IMG/VR virus record: IMGVR_UViG_3300035208_007487
DNA from: a virus
Lineage: Duplodnaviria; Caudoviricetes
DNA: 64,000 nt
Strand: one strand, 5' to 3'
Position 1 is the stretch's first letter. Each line of letters begins with the position of its first letter. Below are positions 1 to 11,371 of this stretch, piece by piece. The notes beneath the pieces were generated by a model. The model saw nothing but the letters and a program-made list of their open reading frames with translations, was not told the DNA's origin and did not search any database. The translations under genes were made by a program, and so were the position numbers.

Positions 1-2
1 TA

Positions 3-647
3 TTAGGTAAAACTTTAACAATTAAAGCTATTGCAATTAAGATAGGAGCTTTAGATTCAGCCATTGCCTCATTGTTATTAAATTTTGAATATTCATGTGC
101 AAGTTGGATAAATGAAACTTCATCTAATCTAATAATAGAGAATGGGCAAATAAGTATTCCAAATAATTCATTATTAACTAAGCAGTTATCAACACTCAAA
201 ACATATAAATTAAGTTTTAAAATATTAGATATAACTAATTTAATAAATCTAATAGTATGCCCAAGAGATTCATATGAAAATAAAAATAATTATACTGGAT
301 CAATATTTACAAATATAACTCCTTATTTATCTGCAACATATACTGATGCAGATATTGCTATATTAAATTTAGGTGAATTATTTAATATGAATAATAAAGA
401 TGATTATAAGAAATATGGAACATTTATTTGGAATAAAACAAATACCTTAACATTAACATATGAAATAGCTTATATTAATTCTACTTATACTCAAGTATTA
501 ACAATATCTGATACTATTCATACATTAGCAAGTAATGTTTTATCAATATCTAAGGTATTAGATAATAGTCCATGCTTAATAGTTAATTCCATATTTGATA
601 TTGATTCAACTATTACAATTGGTAATATTACTATGGAATGTAATTAA
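3..647 (+). CDS. 5'-truncated protein with Fn3-associated/chitobiase-C-like domain end (probable virion decoration protein)
   Basis: Frame is open from the window edge; TLTIKAIAIKIGALDSAIAS resembles the Fn3_assoc signature. Confidence 0.5.
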   Translation, partial: LGKTLTIKAIAIKIGALDSAIASLLLNFEYSCASWINETSSNLIIENGQISIPNNSLLTKQLSTLKTYKLSFKILDITNLINLIVCPRDSYENKNNYTGSIFTNITPYLSATYTDADIAILNLGELFNMNNKDDYKKYGTFIWNKTNTLTLTYEIAYINSTYTQVLTISDTIHTLASNVLSISKVLDNSPCLIVNSIFDIDSTITIGNITMECN

Positions 648-2935
648 GTATTTTTACTAGTAATTGTTATATCATCTACTGATATATGAATTTGAGCAAT
701 CTCATGAGGTATTGAGAAATTTGCAATATCTCCTTTATCTGTTATTAATTGCTTTGCACAATAATAATTTGTATCTTTTCTAAATTGAACAGCCCAATTA
801 ACAAATGTAGTATATATATTTTCGGAAGTATCTGGGTTATTGAAATTAGAATTAAGTAGTATTTCTGTTAAATTACTAGGAGTATTGCTTAATTGAGTGT
901 TTAATAATAATCTGCCCAAAGTTTCTTTAAATATATATTCAATAAAATTAGATACATTAGTTTCAGTCATTTTACTTGAATCAAATGTAGTGCTGCTGCC
1001 TTTGCAAAAATATTTTTGTAAATAATAAGAATAATTACTATAATCACTACCTAAACCAGAAAACAAAGTAGAATTACTTATTGGAGTATAGTAATTGCTT
1101 ACAATATTATCCATAGTTGGTATCATAATTCCATTAAAAATATCATAACTAGCGCTAGTTAAAGTTGAAATATAAACTGAATCATTAGGAATATCAGCGT
1201 ATGGTTCAAAATAAACGTGACACCCCACTATTCCCGTTTTTGCTTCAATTAATTTAACAATTTTTGAATTATATACTGAATCATTAAATTTAGAATTTTC
1301 TTTTAGATATGAATAAGCTTCTTGTTGTATTGTATTTGCTAAATTGGTTTTAGATACTATTGGAGTTGTATAAATTGTCATAGACATTTTATACTTATGA
1401 ACTTTAGGTGGTATATACAAATATCTACAAGTAAGTTGTCCTTTTTCTTTTAATACTTTATATACAGAATCTAATTCAGATCCACTTTCTACATCTTGAT
1501 TAGCCAATCTAAAACAAGATCCAAATGTTTCAACATAATAATTATATTTTTCTTGATCATCTAATTCATTTCCATTATATGTTAAATCAAATTGGCTAGC
1601 CACATCCAATTGAATGCTACTAGATTTATCTTGGATACTTCTTACCATATCAATAGTTTTAAGCCCACTAAACAAATAATCAACTGGTTCAGCGCAATAT
1701 AGGTCACTTGATGATGAATCAGATACATATATATTTTTTAAAACCGTATATAATATAACATTAGAATATCTAAAATCACCAATAGCAATAGAATCTTCAC
1801 CATATGCCATAGCGTATTTTACATTATCACAATCAGTCTTAAGACCTACAATATGATCATCATTATCAACATATCTTTTTCCAGATGCAATAGCCATCGG
1901 TGCATATGTTTTAACTGATTCAATTGACTCAATTTCATCACCACCTACCGGGCTATATTTTAAAAATAAATCAATATTATCTTTATTAATACTATCAGAT
2001 GGTTGAAATATTATGCTTTCAGACCCAGAATATTTTATTTCAGAATCTTTGGCATTATATACATTTCCTTTAGATCCCAATGTTGACAAATATCTAATAG
2101 TAATAGTTCCTCTAGGTATTTCGGATATAATTCCATCTCCGAATCTTATTTCAATATTACCATTATTAATAGTTCTTATTAAACATTTCTTATTTCTACT
2201 TTCAACCAATACTCCATTATCAATATAAGGAGAAGTATTACTATTTTCAGTATATAGAGTGTATTTACTTATTTCATAATATTCACCATCTACGCAAACT
2301 GTGGTTAATCTATTTTCTAAATTATCATCATCTATTAATAAATCATCTTCTCCAAAATAATTTGAAAAAGTAGGATCATTAAAGTTAAATGTTTGAAATT
2401 TCTTTTTTTCGTCAGCTAAAAATGTTCTAGTTTTGAAAGTACCTTGAACTAATTCTGCACCTGAATCTGGTTCAGTTACCGTTCCATTATAATCCCAAGT
2501 AAAAGTATAATCATCTAAGCTAACATAATTTATACCAGAATATTGAAAATCTCCAAACTTTGGAAAGATCATTGATCCATTATATGAAGAAACAGTTCCA
2601 TTAACTTCAACTCTAAATTCTGTTTTAGCTGAAGTTGGGCGTCTAATTGAATAACCTTGTGAATTAGCTCCTGATATAATTGAACTATAATTTTGAGCAG
2701 ATAATAAAAAAGCTTCTCTAAATTGTGCTTCTAAATATTTCCACTCAACATTTAAAGATGATGCAAATATTTCAGCTACTCGTCTACCTAATGATGATCT
2801 ATAAAAATCTTGAAGATTATTTGATTTTAATTTAATAATTCTGCCAAGTTCATATGTAATTTGCTCAAAAGATATTTTTGAATAATCAGTATAGTTATTA
2901 GTAAATGTTAATATTTCGCTAGAAAAAGTAGCCAT
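644..2935 (-). CDS. baseplate wedge subunit (T4 gp6-like)
   Basis: SAQNYSSIISGANSQGYSIRRPTSAKT, IRFGDGIIS and GGDEIESIESVK motifs typical of gp6/baseplate J; context. Confidence 0.85.
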   Translation of the reverse strand: MATFSSEILTFTNNYTDYSKISFEQITYELGRIIKLKSNNLQDFYRSSLGRRVAEIFASSLNVEWKYLEAQFREAFLLSAQNYSSIISGANSQGYSIRRPTSAKTEFRVEVNGTVSSYNGSMIFPKFGDFQYSGINYVSLDDYTFTWDYNGTVTEPDSGAELVQGTFKTRTFLADEKKKFQTFNFNDPTFSNYFGEDDLLIDDDNLENRLTTVCVDGEYYEISKYTLYTENSNTSPYIDNGVLVESRNKKCLIRTINNGNIEIRFGDGIISEIPRGTITIRYLSTLGSKGNVYNAKDSEIKYSGSESIIFQPSDSINKDNIDLFLKYSPVGGDEIESIESVKTYAPMAIASGKRYVDNDDHIVGLKTDCDNVKYAMAYGEDSIAIGDFRYSNVILYTVLKNIYVSDSSSSDLYCAEPVDYLFSGLKTIDMVRSIQDKSSSIQLDVASQFDLTYNGNELDDQEKYNYYVETFGSCFRLANQDVESGSELDSVYKVLKEKGQLTCRYLYIPPKVHKYKMSMTIYTTPIVSKTNLANTIQQEAYSYLKENSKFNDSVYNSKIVKLIEAKTGIVGCHVYFEPYADIPNDSVYISTLTSASYDIFNGIMIPTMDNIVSNYYTPISNSTLFSGLGSDYSNYSYYLQKYFCKGSSTTFDSSKMTETNVSNFIEYIFKETLGRLLLNTQLSNTPSNLTEILLNSNFNNPDTSENIYTTFVNWAVQFRKDTNYYCAKQLITDKGDIANFSIPHEIAQIHISVDDITITSKNT

Positions 2936-2956
2936 AGATAATATTTAGTTAATATA

Positions 2957-4783
2957 CTAATTTGATTTAGTGAACCTAGTTAATTCTTTATTAAGCAATA
3001 CTAAATTAGCTTGTTCATTAGTTAATAGTGTATTTTTTTCAGTATGACTTGCAAATAATGCTTGAAGTATTAATAATGCAGCAGCCACTACTGGCATAGT
3101 GATTGCTAATACTGCTAATTGAGTGTTTGTTAAATTAAAATCAAAAATACCGTAAGAAGATACTTCACCCTCTATTTGATTTATTTCATATTCTAATTTT
3201 TTAATTCTATATTTTGCCCTATTTACCGCAGCTAATTTAATATCATAGAATAAGTCAGTACCGTATGGAATATATTCGTAAATTGAAGACAATAAATCTA
3301 CACTATCCCCATCTTCTTCTAACATAGTTTCTATTTTATAATATGTTTTATTATAGCTTCTAGTTTTACTGTTATATAAAGCTTTTACATCAGATCTTTT
3401 TACATATTCGCTATCTTCATCTGAATAAAAATTATCAGTAATTATTTGATGTAACTCTAATAATTGAGCAAAATTAGTAGCATCAGAGCTAGTTATACTT
3501 TCATAAACATCATCTGTTGATGAATAATCAATTGATGTAGAAGCCTTAATTGCTTTATAATTAGCATATGCGTATGCTACATCAGAATCTAATTGGCTTT
3601 GCTTATTTGCAAAAAAGGCATCTGGATCATTAGCGGCAGAAGTCTCATCTGTAGTATAATTAGGAGTATCTGAAGTTCTGTTTCTAATTAAAGTTGCTTC
3701 TTCTGTTCTTCTAGTTTTATATCTATCTAAATCAGTGGCTCCATCTGCTTCAATAGCTGTAGCTAATTCATTATATGACTTACTTTTAGCTAATTTAGCA
3801 ACAGGATCTACTTCATCCTTTAAAATATCCGCATCATTTAAATTCTTATCAAAAATAAACGACATTAATGCAGTATTTACTTCGATTGGATTATCTGATA
3901 ATTCAATACCATAGTTATTTTTTAATCTACTTTTCCCTTCATACAATATTTGAGTTAATAAATTATCACAATTATCTTGACTTAATGTAAAATTTGAATA
4001 TTTAGTTACATAATCATTAGCTGCACTATCATCTAAACCTAAAGCACCTAATAAAATATTACTTTGATCATCAGTTAATCCGGCTTTAGTAAATATTGAT
4101 TTGAAATAGGATTGGCTAGTTGAATTATTATCATATTCAGATAATATTATTTCGTTTCCAATTGCAATAGCTAATGCAGTGCTAGTAGCAGTTGTTGTTA
4201 CTTTCTTTGATGAATCTAATGAAGTAGTTGTTTGAGAAAAAGCTAAATTAGATAGTAAATTAATTAACTTGCTCTTTCTATCTGAACTTAAACTCGTAGT
4301 TTTTATATAAGCTATTAATCCATTAGCATTATTATTACAAATGTAAGTCATCCCATGTTGATAAAATACACTATAAATACCAAACATTGATAAATCAAAT
4401 GCAGCAGTTCTTAATGCATTAGGTAATGTTAAGAAACTAGAGCAATCTCCCTTAATAGTAGGATATACTGAATTATAATAATTATTCATAATTATTTTAT
4501 AATCAGTTACACTTAATCTACCAAAGGATGATTTATAAGTATTTACCCAAGCTCTTGCACTATTTCCAATCAATCCATCTGCACTCTTTAATAATGCTTG
4601 TTGTGCAGTATTAGTCATTCCTTTTAATTTTTCAGTTGAGCCTGATTTTACATCAATACCTGATGCAATAGTCACGCCACTTGTAGAACTTTTAGGAGGA
4701 ACATATGGGTATAATTCATATCCCTCGGTTCGTTTAATAAAAGCAGTATCAAAAATACCAGCATTAAAGAAATTAGTGCTCAT
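2957..4783 (-). CDS. tail-associated pesticin-like muramidase (two domain copies)
   Basis: FIKRTEGYELYPYVP..SGVTIASGID pesticin/T4-lysozyme-like motif; second copy ends DRYKTRRTEEATLI. Confidence 0.7.
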   Translation of the reverse strand: MSTNFFNAGIFDTAFIKRTEGYELYPYVPPKSSTSGVTIASGIDVKSGSTEKLKGMTNTAQQALLKSADGLIGNSARAWVNTYKSSFGRLSVTDYKIIMNNYYNSVYPTIKGDCSSFLTLPNALRTAAFDLSMFGIYSVFYQHGMTYICNNNANGLIAYIKTTSLSSDRKSKLINLLSNLAFSQTTTSLDSSKKVTTTATSTALAIAIGNEIILSEYDNNSTSQSYFKSIFTKAGLTDDQSNILLGALGLDDSAANDYVTKYSNFTLSQDNCDNLLTQILYEGKSRLKNNYGIELSDNPIEVNTALMSFIFDKNLNDADILKDEVDPVAKLAKSKSYNELATAIEADGATDLDRYKTRRTEEATLIRNRTSDTPNYTTDETSAANDPDAFFANKQSQLDSDVAYAYANYKAIKASTSIDYSSTDDVYESITSSDATNFAQLLELHQIITDNFYSDEDSEYVKRSDVKALYNSKTRSYNKTYYKIETMLEEDGDSVDLLSSIYEYIPYGTDLFYDIKLAAVNRAKYRIKKLEYEINQIEGEVSSYGIFDFNLTNTQLAVLAITMPVVAAALLILQALFASHTEKNTLLTNEQANLVLLNKELTRFTKSN

Positions 4784-6141
4784 TAATATCCTTCCACTGT
4801 AAAGAATGTACCATTAAATGATCTAACATTTTTTATAAAACTAATATCAACATATTTTTCCATTTCAGCTTTATTTGTTAAAACTGAACTGAAAGCATTA
4901 CTATATGCTGTTTCAATTGCATCAGCAATTTTAGTTAAATAACTATTTGCATCTATTAAAGGATTCATCCACCAACAAGTTCTATTTAATTTCAATTCAT
5001 TAAATAATTCTTCAATTCTATTTTTTAAACCTCCACATAAATAGTCATTACAGTCGTTTAGAGAGTCACAAATAATTAGCACGTCAACTATAGAGTATTT
5101 TCTTCTACGTATTATATTGTCCTCATAGTTGTGTGCATAGCCCTTTGGTGGAAACAACCACCCTATTAAAGCATTAACAACTACTCCAAGATATCTAGAA
5201 CGAGTATGCAATAAGTTATTGTAGATAGAATTAAGCCTAATTAATGGTGATAATATTTTTTCAGTTACTGATGCAATAGCATATTGAGTATATGCTTTCA
5301 TTAATTTATATCCATATACTGCATTTTGAACAGGTGAACTATTATATATTTCATTTAATACTTTAGTTTTTTTATTGTTTATACTATCTGCTAAATTTAA
5401 GGCTACTTTTAAAAAAGCATTAACTTCTTGAATTGAATCAAAATGAATTACAGTATCCGTACTGTTTATTGAGCCTAAATCGTATAACATTTGCTTAATT
5501 GTAGAATTAGATACCATTAGATTAAACATAGAAACGATAGGTCCGGCTATTATCTCGCATCGTTCACTCCAAACAGTAACCCCTTTCATGAAATTTAAAA
5601 AATCAGGAGCTTTAATATTATCCAATAAACTTTTAAATTTTTCAATAGCAGCTTCAAAACATGAAAATAATTTATTAACTAAATTTTTAATAATTTCTAA
5701 TATTTTTGCAATATACATATAAATTAATGCTAATATTTTCTTAACAAGATATACTAAGCTTTCTATTAAATTAATTAATATATTAAACATTGGAGCTAAT
5801 ATTGTGCAATAATAACTCTGCCCAAATTTTTCTTTAACATTAGCTAATGATCCTGTTTTATTTTTAAGCATATCAACTGCTGAAGTAAATTTACTAATAT
5901 ATCTATTTGAAAATGCATTTTTAGTAAATCTACTTAAAGTATCTTGAATACTTGGATTACAATCACCTATTCCAACAAAATCTAAACCTTCATCTACGAA
6001 TTGAGTGCATCTTTGATATGTTAATGATTCACTAAATTTTTGAACATTTTCAATATATGAAGGCAATCCAGTTTTTGTACCATTTGCATTAGTACCAATA
6101 ATCCAATTAGCGCCCTTAGATACTAAATCAAATATAGCCAT
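4783..6141 (-). CDS. hypothetical helical protein in baseplate cluster
   Basis: 452-aa ORF; TAAATA-N6-ATG upstream. Confidence 0.6.
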   Translation of the reverse strand: MAIFDLVSKGANWIIGTNANGTKTGLPSYIENVQKFSESLTYQRCTQFVDEGLDFVGIGDCNPSIQDTLSRFTKNAFSNRYISKFTSAVDMLKNKTGSLANVKEKFGQSYYCTILAPMFNILINLIESLVYLVKKILALIYMYIAKILEIIKNLVNKLFSCFEAAIEKFKSLLDNIKAPDFLNFMKGVTVWSERCEIIAGPIVSMFNLMVSNSTIKQMLYDLGSINSTDTVIHFDSIQEVNAFLKVALNLADSINNKKTKVLNEIYNSSPVQNAVYGYKLMKAYTQYAIASVTEKILSPLIRLNSIYNNLLHTRSRYLGVVVNALIGWLFPPKGYAHNYEDNIIRRRKYSIVDVLIICDSLNDCNDYLCGGLKNRIEELFNELKLNRTCWWMNPLIDANSYLTKIADAIETAYSNAFSSVLTNKAEMEKYVDISFIKNVRSFNGTFFTVEGY

Positions 6142-6160
6142 TAATAGTATTTATAAGTAA

Positions 6161-6808
6161 TTATACTACTCTATCACCTACTAATAATACTGGACCTGCT
6201 CCAGTTGGATGAGCTACCGGCGTCCCTCCTCCTAATGATGTTAAATATGGGCAAAACGCGGCATCTGTTACACAACTATGCGGCATAGATAAAGTATCTC
6301 CATTTTTTACAATCGTAAAACTTCCATCCTTTTGAAACGTAATGGAAGTTCCACTTGAATGACTAAATGTGCATTCGCCGGATTTTGTATTATCTTTTAA
6401 TATAGTTCCATCGTTTGATTTATATAATATATTAGTGTGTGGATAATCGTCGTTAACTTCATGTGGATAAAATTTTCCACTGTTATCTATTCCTGGAGTA
6501 TGCCACACTGGACAATGCACATCACCATCTCTAAAAGTTACAAATACTTGAGTTCCAGCTTTAGGAATTTGTAAAGTTTGACTAGGAGCGGGTTCAGCCC
6601 AAGGTTGATCTTTTAATGGTAAATCATCAGTAATTCCAATTACACTAACCTTAATCCAACCTTTATTTTTTTTATCAATACATCTAGTTACAATAGCGTC
6701 ATAATATCCTTCTCCTAATGACATTAAAGATTTAGGATATATTTCATCTCTAAGTGAATTAATATTATCTGAATTAATCTTTTTTTGTGCATCTATTTGA
6801 TTACTCAT
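6161..6808 (-). CDS. baseplate spike/hub protein (gp5/gpV N-terminal OB fold)
   Basis: GWIKVSVIG..PWAEP..IPKAGTQVFVTFRDGD..PV followed by beta-helix-like HSSGTSITF. Confidence 0.8.
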   Translation of the reverse strand: MSNQIDAQKKINSDNINSLRDEIYPKSLMSLGEGYYDAIVTRCIDKKNKGWIKVSVIGITDDLPLKDQPWAEPAPSQTLQIPKAGTQVFVTFRDGDVHCPVWHTPGIDNSGKFYPHEVNDDYPHTNILYKSNDGTILKDNTKSGECTFSHSSGTSITFQKDGSFTIVKNGDTLSMPHSCVTDAAFCPYLTSLGGGTPVAHPTGAGPVLLVGDRVV

Positions 6809-8061
6809 TTTATTCTATCCTTTGATATTCCAAATGCGGTTAAATAAGAATCTGCATTTTCTATGAAATTAGATGATTTAACTAATTCAATTGATGATTC
6901 AAATCTAGCTCCATTACCAAAGTAATAATTTTTTGCGGTAACAAAATATTTTCCAGATAGTGCTTTTGAAAAAGTAACTTGAGCTACATCTGCTGACATT
7001 GTTCCAATAGTTGGTACTAATACATTTACGGCATCTCCAATACTTATAACACTTTCTCCACATTCAAATAATTCTAATTTATGAGAATATTTTCCATATA
7101 CAGAACTTCTCACTTTAGGAGCTATTCCGTAATATTCATGAGTGTTTGGATTAGCCTTTGTTGTTACATCTATAGAAGGCAGAACACCATCAATCATACC
7201 TGTTTTTTGATGTGTATCTGTTTGCGATCCAGGTGTTACACCGGAAGTTGATGAAGTTTTTTTATTTTTTTTACCAGGAGGAGTAATTCCAGTAAATCCT
7301 TGTGTGCCTAATAATGAACCAATTGCTGCACTATTAGTAGTATTAAAATCATAATAACTTAATGTATTATAATTACCATCTTTACTTGTTTTATTTACGA
7401 TATCTTTTTTATTTTTTCCATACTCTAGTAAATATGAAGTTTGATTATTTAATTCATCACCAATAGCTCCTATTTTTATTGTACCATCTAATTTATAAGC
7501 TAAGTATAGCGCATCATCTGATGATACATATGAATGAGCTAATATTGAGTCAAGAGCAATTGCAAAATTCTTATTAACAATTAACCATTTCATAATATCG
7601 TTAGTGTTAACAGTATTGGTAGAAATATTTAAAGTTATTCCTAATCCGTCACATAATTTTTTTATTGTATGAATTGAATCATTATATATAGCTTGCCCTT
7701 TTAATAAAGCTAAATATGACATATTCTCTCCACAGGTAATAAATTCTATTACATAAGTAGAAAACATATTAGCTTCTTTATGTGAATTAAAATGTTTAAC
7801 AATAGTTCCATGTATTACTTTAGTAGTATCTTCAGTGAGATCACTACCATCTGATTTTTCAAATGAAGATATTGTTATTGTAATTTCTAAATTAGATGGT
7901 AAATTTAAAAAATCATCAATTGCAGTAGATGGGGTCTTAATCACTAGTCTACCATTTGGTAAATTACCTAAACTTTCTCTACAACTACATGCAAGAATAG
8001 CATTGCTAGTTAATGTTACACCTTTAGCAGTGCCTAATTTAGCAGTACAAGTTGATATCAT
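6805..8061 (-). CDS. baseplate hub protein (gp27-like)
   Basis: Position; C-terminal LSGKYFVTAKNYYF motif typical of hub proteins. Confidence 0.55.
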   Translation of the reverse strand: MISTCTAKLGTAKGVTLTSNAILACSCRESLGNLPNGRLVIKTPSTAIDDFLNLPSNLEITITISSFEKSDGSDLTEDTTKVIHGTIVKHFNSHKEANMFSTYVIEFITCGENMSYLALLKGQAIYNDSIHTIKKLCDGLGITLNISTNTVNTNDIMKWLIVNKNFAIALDSILAHSYVSSDDALYLAYKLDGTIKIGAIGDELNNQTSYLLEYGKNKKDIVNKTSKDGNYNTLSYYDFNTTNSAAIGSLLGTQGFTGITPPGKKNKKTSSTSGVTPGSQTDTHQKTGMIDGVLPSIDVTTKANPNTHEYYGIAPKVRSSVYGKYSHKLELFECGESVISIGDAVNVLVPTIGTMSADVAQVTFSKALSGKYFVTAKNYYFGNGARFESSIELVKSSNFIENADSYLTAFGISKDRIK

Positions 8062-8409
8062 TTAAGCTCCCTTTATTGTATTTAGATGAGTATTAATGTC
8101 ATCTAAAGTGGGGATTATTATACTTCTATCATAATAAAGATCGGTAACAATGTTTTTATCAAAGGCATCATATTTACTTCTTCTTAATGTTAAAGATGCT
8201 TTAAATGAATATCTTAAATTATTAGCTCTACAAATAGCCCACCAATATTCATCAGTTGCATAGAATAATAAAGACACTTTATCAGGTCTAGCTACATAAT
8301 CTTTAGTTATAGAAAATATAGCCATTGGCTCAGTAATTGAAAATTCAATTGAATCAGATAATAAGTCATATAACCCTTCATCTAGCATTGTTAAATATGT
8401 GGTATCCAT
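8062..8409 (-). CDS. baseplate wedge protein (gp53/LysM-like)
   Basis: RPDKVSLLFYATDEYWWAICRANN motif. Confidence 0.75.
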   Translation of the reverse strand: MDTTYLTMLDEGLYDLLSDSIEFSITEPMAIFSITKDYVARPDKVSLLFYATDEYWWAICRANNLRYSFKASLTLRRSKYDAFDKNIVTDLYYDRSIIIPTLDDINTHLNTIKGA

Positions 8410-9284
8410 TATTGATTAACCTGATTTGCTAATTTTTGTAAATCACCTAATGCAGAAACTCCAGCAATTTTAAAATCACCGTTTGCGTAACCATTATTAC
8501 CTTTAATTTGATAAAATTCAAATCCGACAGTAATTCCAATTACTACGGGTATTCCATTACATGTTTCTCTAGAAGTATTAAAAGAAATATTTGTTATAAC
8601 TAATGGATATAAATTAAATATATCGGTTCCAGCACTATTAGAAATATTTAAAGTAACTGGAGGTGGATTATATGATAATAAAGTAGACAAAGTATCTGTA
8701 ATATCGGTAAATACACTTTTTAAATCTGATACTCCTGGAATTTTGTCAATCCATCCAGAGTTAGAGCTTCCGGTACCTGATGCGCTAGTCGGCTCGGCTT
8801 TACGCTGAGAAGGAAATCCTAATATAAGTATTGCAGGAATTGCTATTTTATATGTATCATCCATTGGAGTATACCATTTCATTGATACTGACAATCCGCT
8901 TATAGAAGATCCATTATACATTCTAGTAGACGCTGCACCAGTTCCAACAATACTCATCCCACCCATATTTAACATAGTATTAGATACATCATAAGTAGCT
9001 TTAACTGCATTCAATGATACCCCAAATACAGTTTGTTTAGATAGAGCTTCTAAACCTTGATAAAGACCTTGATAAGCAGTTCCTGTCCAATTATTAGTGA
9101 AACTTAATGCAATATCATTTTGTAAAATACCTGAGCATCTAGTTCCTTTAATTATTTCTTTAGTGCTTTTCCCTCCAAAAATATTACCAACAGATGATGA
9201 TAATTTGTTTAATGATTTAGTGATACCTGTTACTTTATTAGTATCACTTAAATCAATGGAAGATATGTTTACTATTAATGACAT
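8409..9284 (-). CDS. baseplate tail-tube cap/initiator (gp48-like)
   Basis: PPPVTL..LVITNISF..GIPVVIGITVGF tube-fold end; start moved to ATG 9284, which follows TAAATA-N7. Confidence 0.5.
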   Translation of the reverse strand: MSLIVNISSIDLSDTNKVTGITKSLNKLSSSVGNIFGGKSTKEIIKGTRCSGILQNDIALSFTNNWTGTAYQGLYQGLEALSKQTVFGVSLNAVKATYDVSNTMLNMGGMSIVGTGAASTRMYNGSSISGLSVSMKWYTPMDDTYKIAIPAILILGFPSQRKAEPTSASGTGSSNSGWIDKIPGVSDLKSVFTDITDTLSTLLSYNPPPVTLNISNSAGTDIFNLYPLVITNISFNTSRETCNGIPVVIGITVGFEFYQIKGNNGYANGDFKIAGVSALGDLQKLANQVNQ

Positions 9285-9294
9285 TAAATAATAT

Positions 9295-11349
9295 TTAGTC
9301 TGTTGAAGGGGGAGTTGTATTATAAGTCTTAGTAGCAGATGAACCTCCACTATTTCCACCGCTTATTTCAACTTTAAATATCTTTGAAGATATTTTTTCA
9401 GCTAATATTTCAGCAAATTTGCTACCATCTTCTCCATATATCTTTTTAAACAATTCATATTGTTTTTTAGAATATTCTAAGCCAGTAGCTATTGTATTAA
9501 CTCCATTAGGTCTATTACCTTCATCACTAGGATTTCTTTCAAAATCAGCTATAGTTTTTCTAGGAGCTAATCCTTCAATATTTTGTCCAGAAATTTCTTC
9601 ACTGATTGGAGCAACTGAAGATTGCAAAGGTATAGTTGGAGCGCCATTTGGCAAAGCTTCTTCTTTTTCAGCAGCTAATTTAACTCTATCAATTATTTCT
9701 TTAGATACGGCGGTTTCTTTTGGACTGACATTAGGTAATTTTACTTTAGCTGGCGAATATACTGTTGATGTTATAGTAGCATTAGAATGTCGTCTTTTTG
9801 GAATCTTTCCTGGTTCAACTCCAATTTTATTTTCTTTAAATATATCAGATAATGACAATAATTTATTTTTTAAATCTTTAGTATAATTTATTACACCAGA
9901 AAATCTATCAGAATTAACTTCAGCATTAGCTTCTTTATCACTTTTACCTAATTGTGTTAAATTTTCAGTTATTCTACCTTTATTATCACTATACATCGAA
10001 CGAAGTTCAGCTTCATTTATTCCAAATTTTTCTCTAACGTCTTTAGTAACACCTAATTGTAAATCTTTACGCAAAGCTTCAGTAGCATCTTTACTTAGAT
10101 TTCTACCTAATCCTTTCATTTTTTTATCAATATCGCTAAACTGGCCTTCCAATTCCTTCATCATTAATTTATCAATTTCTCTTCTATTTTTATTAGCTAC
10201 AATTAATGCTTCATTTTCTTTATTTAAATTAGAATTATATTCAGCCCTAGTTTGAGTGATTGTTTCATCAATTTCTTTTAAATCATTTACTCCAGAATGC
10301 ATTGCTTCATAAAAGCTATCCATACGTTTTACATCATCATCAGTTATAGTATCACCTAATGTTTTTTTCCAATCATTTAATATTGCGTTAATATCTCTAG
10401 TATTTAAAGTCCCTGCCTCAACTTTACCTTGTAAATTAGCTTTTTTCTTTTCACCAAATGAAGTTCTAGATAATATCTCTTTCATATTATTATTCATAGA
10501 ATTTGTTAATACATCTCTAGCTGCTTCACTTTCAGCTAATTTATCTCGTGCTGCTTCATTATTAGTTCTAAGTTCATTATATGATGCTTCAGAATACTTA
10601 GTTGCTTCTAATAATTGAGCATTTCGTGTTACATCGGCATCGCCTTTATTTTCTTTAACTTTAGTAAATACATCTTTCCAAGCAGTAAACATATTCATAA
10701 ATTTTCCAGGTAATTCACCAAACCCAGCATTTTCCATAATAACATCACCAGTTTTAGCAACAATTCCTGTAGCTAATCCTGCCAATAATCCTCCACCTTT
10801 TTTATCTTCTTTTACACTAATACCCTCTTTAATATTTTTTCTAATTTGTTCTAAGGCTAATACTTGTTTATTAGACGCATATTTGTAAAACTCAACAGCA
10901 TATTTACCATAGCCATTAGATGCGTATTCTTTTTGTCCTTTAGCTATAGCTTTACTTAATAATGATAAATTCTCTCTAGAATTCAATCCAATTGGTAGAT
11001 TCTTTATTTTAGTTAAAGCTTGAACTAAAGTTTTATGAAAAGATTCAGGAGTTAATAATTTTTCTAAAGTTCCATAATCAACTTTATCATCTTTAATTTC
11101 TTCAAAGGATCTAACGGCATTACCAACTTGAGAATTCCAGCCATCCATACTGATTAATAATTTTTTCATTAAAGATGAAAAATGACGTTGATCTAATCCA
11201 TTTTCTTTAACAGCTTGAGACAATACACTAACTATATCTTTATAATCTTTTGTATTAGTATTTTGTATTTTAACATTAGAATTATAATCTTGTAATATTT
11301 TTACAAGAAAATTTATATCTCTTCCTAAGTCTTGTTTAGAAATTGGCAT
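9295..11349 (-). CDS. probable tape measure protein
   Basis: 684-aa helical/coiled-coil ORF downstream of gp26/gp51-like genes. Confidence 0.5.
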   Translation of the reverse strand: MPISKQDLGRDINFLVKILQDYNSNVKIQNTNTKDYKDIVSVLSQAVKENGLDQRHFSSLMKKLLISMDGWNSQVGNAVRSFEEIKDDKVDYGTLEKLLTPESFHKTLVQALTKIKNLPIGLNSRENLSLLSKAIAKGQKEYASNGYGKYAVEFYKYASNKQVLALEQIRKNIKEGISVKEDKKGGGLLAGLATGIVAKTGDVIMENAGFGELPGKFMNMFTAWKDVFTKVKENKGDADVTRNAQLLEATKYSEASYNELRTNNEAARDKLAESEAARDVLTNSMNNNMKEILSRTSFGEKKKANLQGKVEAGTLNTRDINAILNDWKKTLGDTITDDDVKRMDSFYEAMHSGVNDLKEIDETITQTRAEYNSNLNKENEALIVANKNRREIDKLMMKELEGQFSDIDKKMKGLGRNLSKDATEALRKDLQLGVTKDVREKFGINEAELRSMYSDNKGRITENLTQLGKSDKEANAEVNSDRFSGVINYTKDLKNKLLSLSDIFKENKIGVEPGKIPKRRHSNATITSTVYSPAKVKLPNVSPKETAVSKEIIDRVKLAAEKEEALPNGAPTIPLQSSVAPISEEISGQNIEGLAPRKTIADFERNPSDEGNRPNGVNTIATGLEYSKKQYELFKKIYGEDGSKFAEILAEKISSKIFKVEISGGNSGGSSATKTYNTTPPSTD

Positions 11350-11371
11350 TAAATATTATTTATTCTAATCA

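Noticed and set aside
9285-9359. Upstream starts given by the ORF track (9359, 13430, 25299, 47966, 59027, 60533, 61311)
   Set aside because: They overlap neighbouring genes or promoters; downstream ATGs fit the RBS or TAAATA spacing
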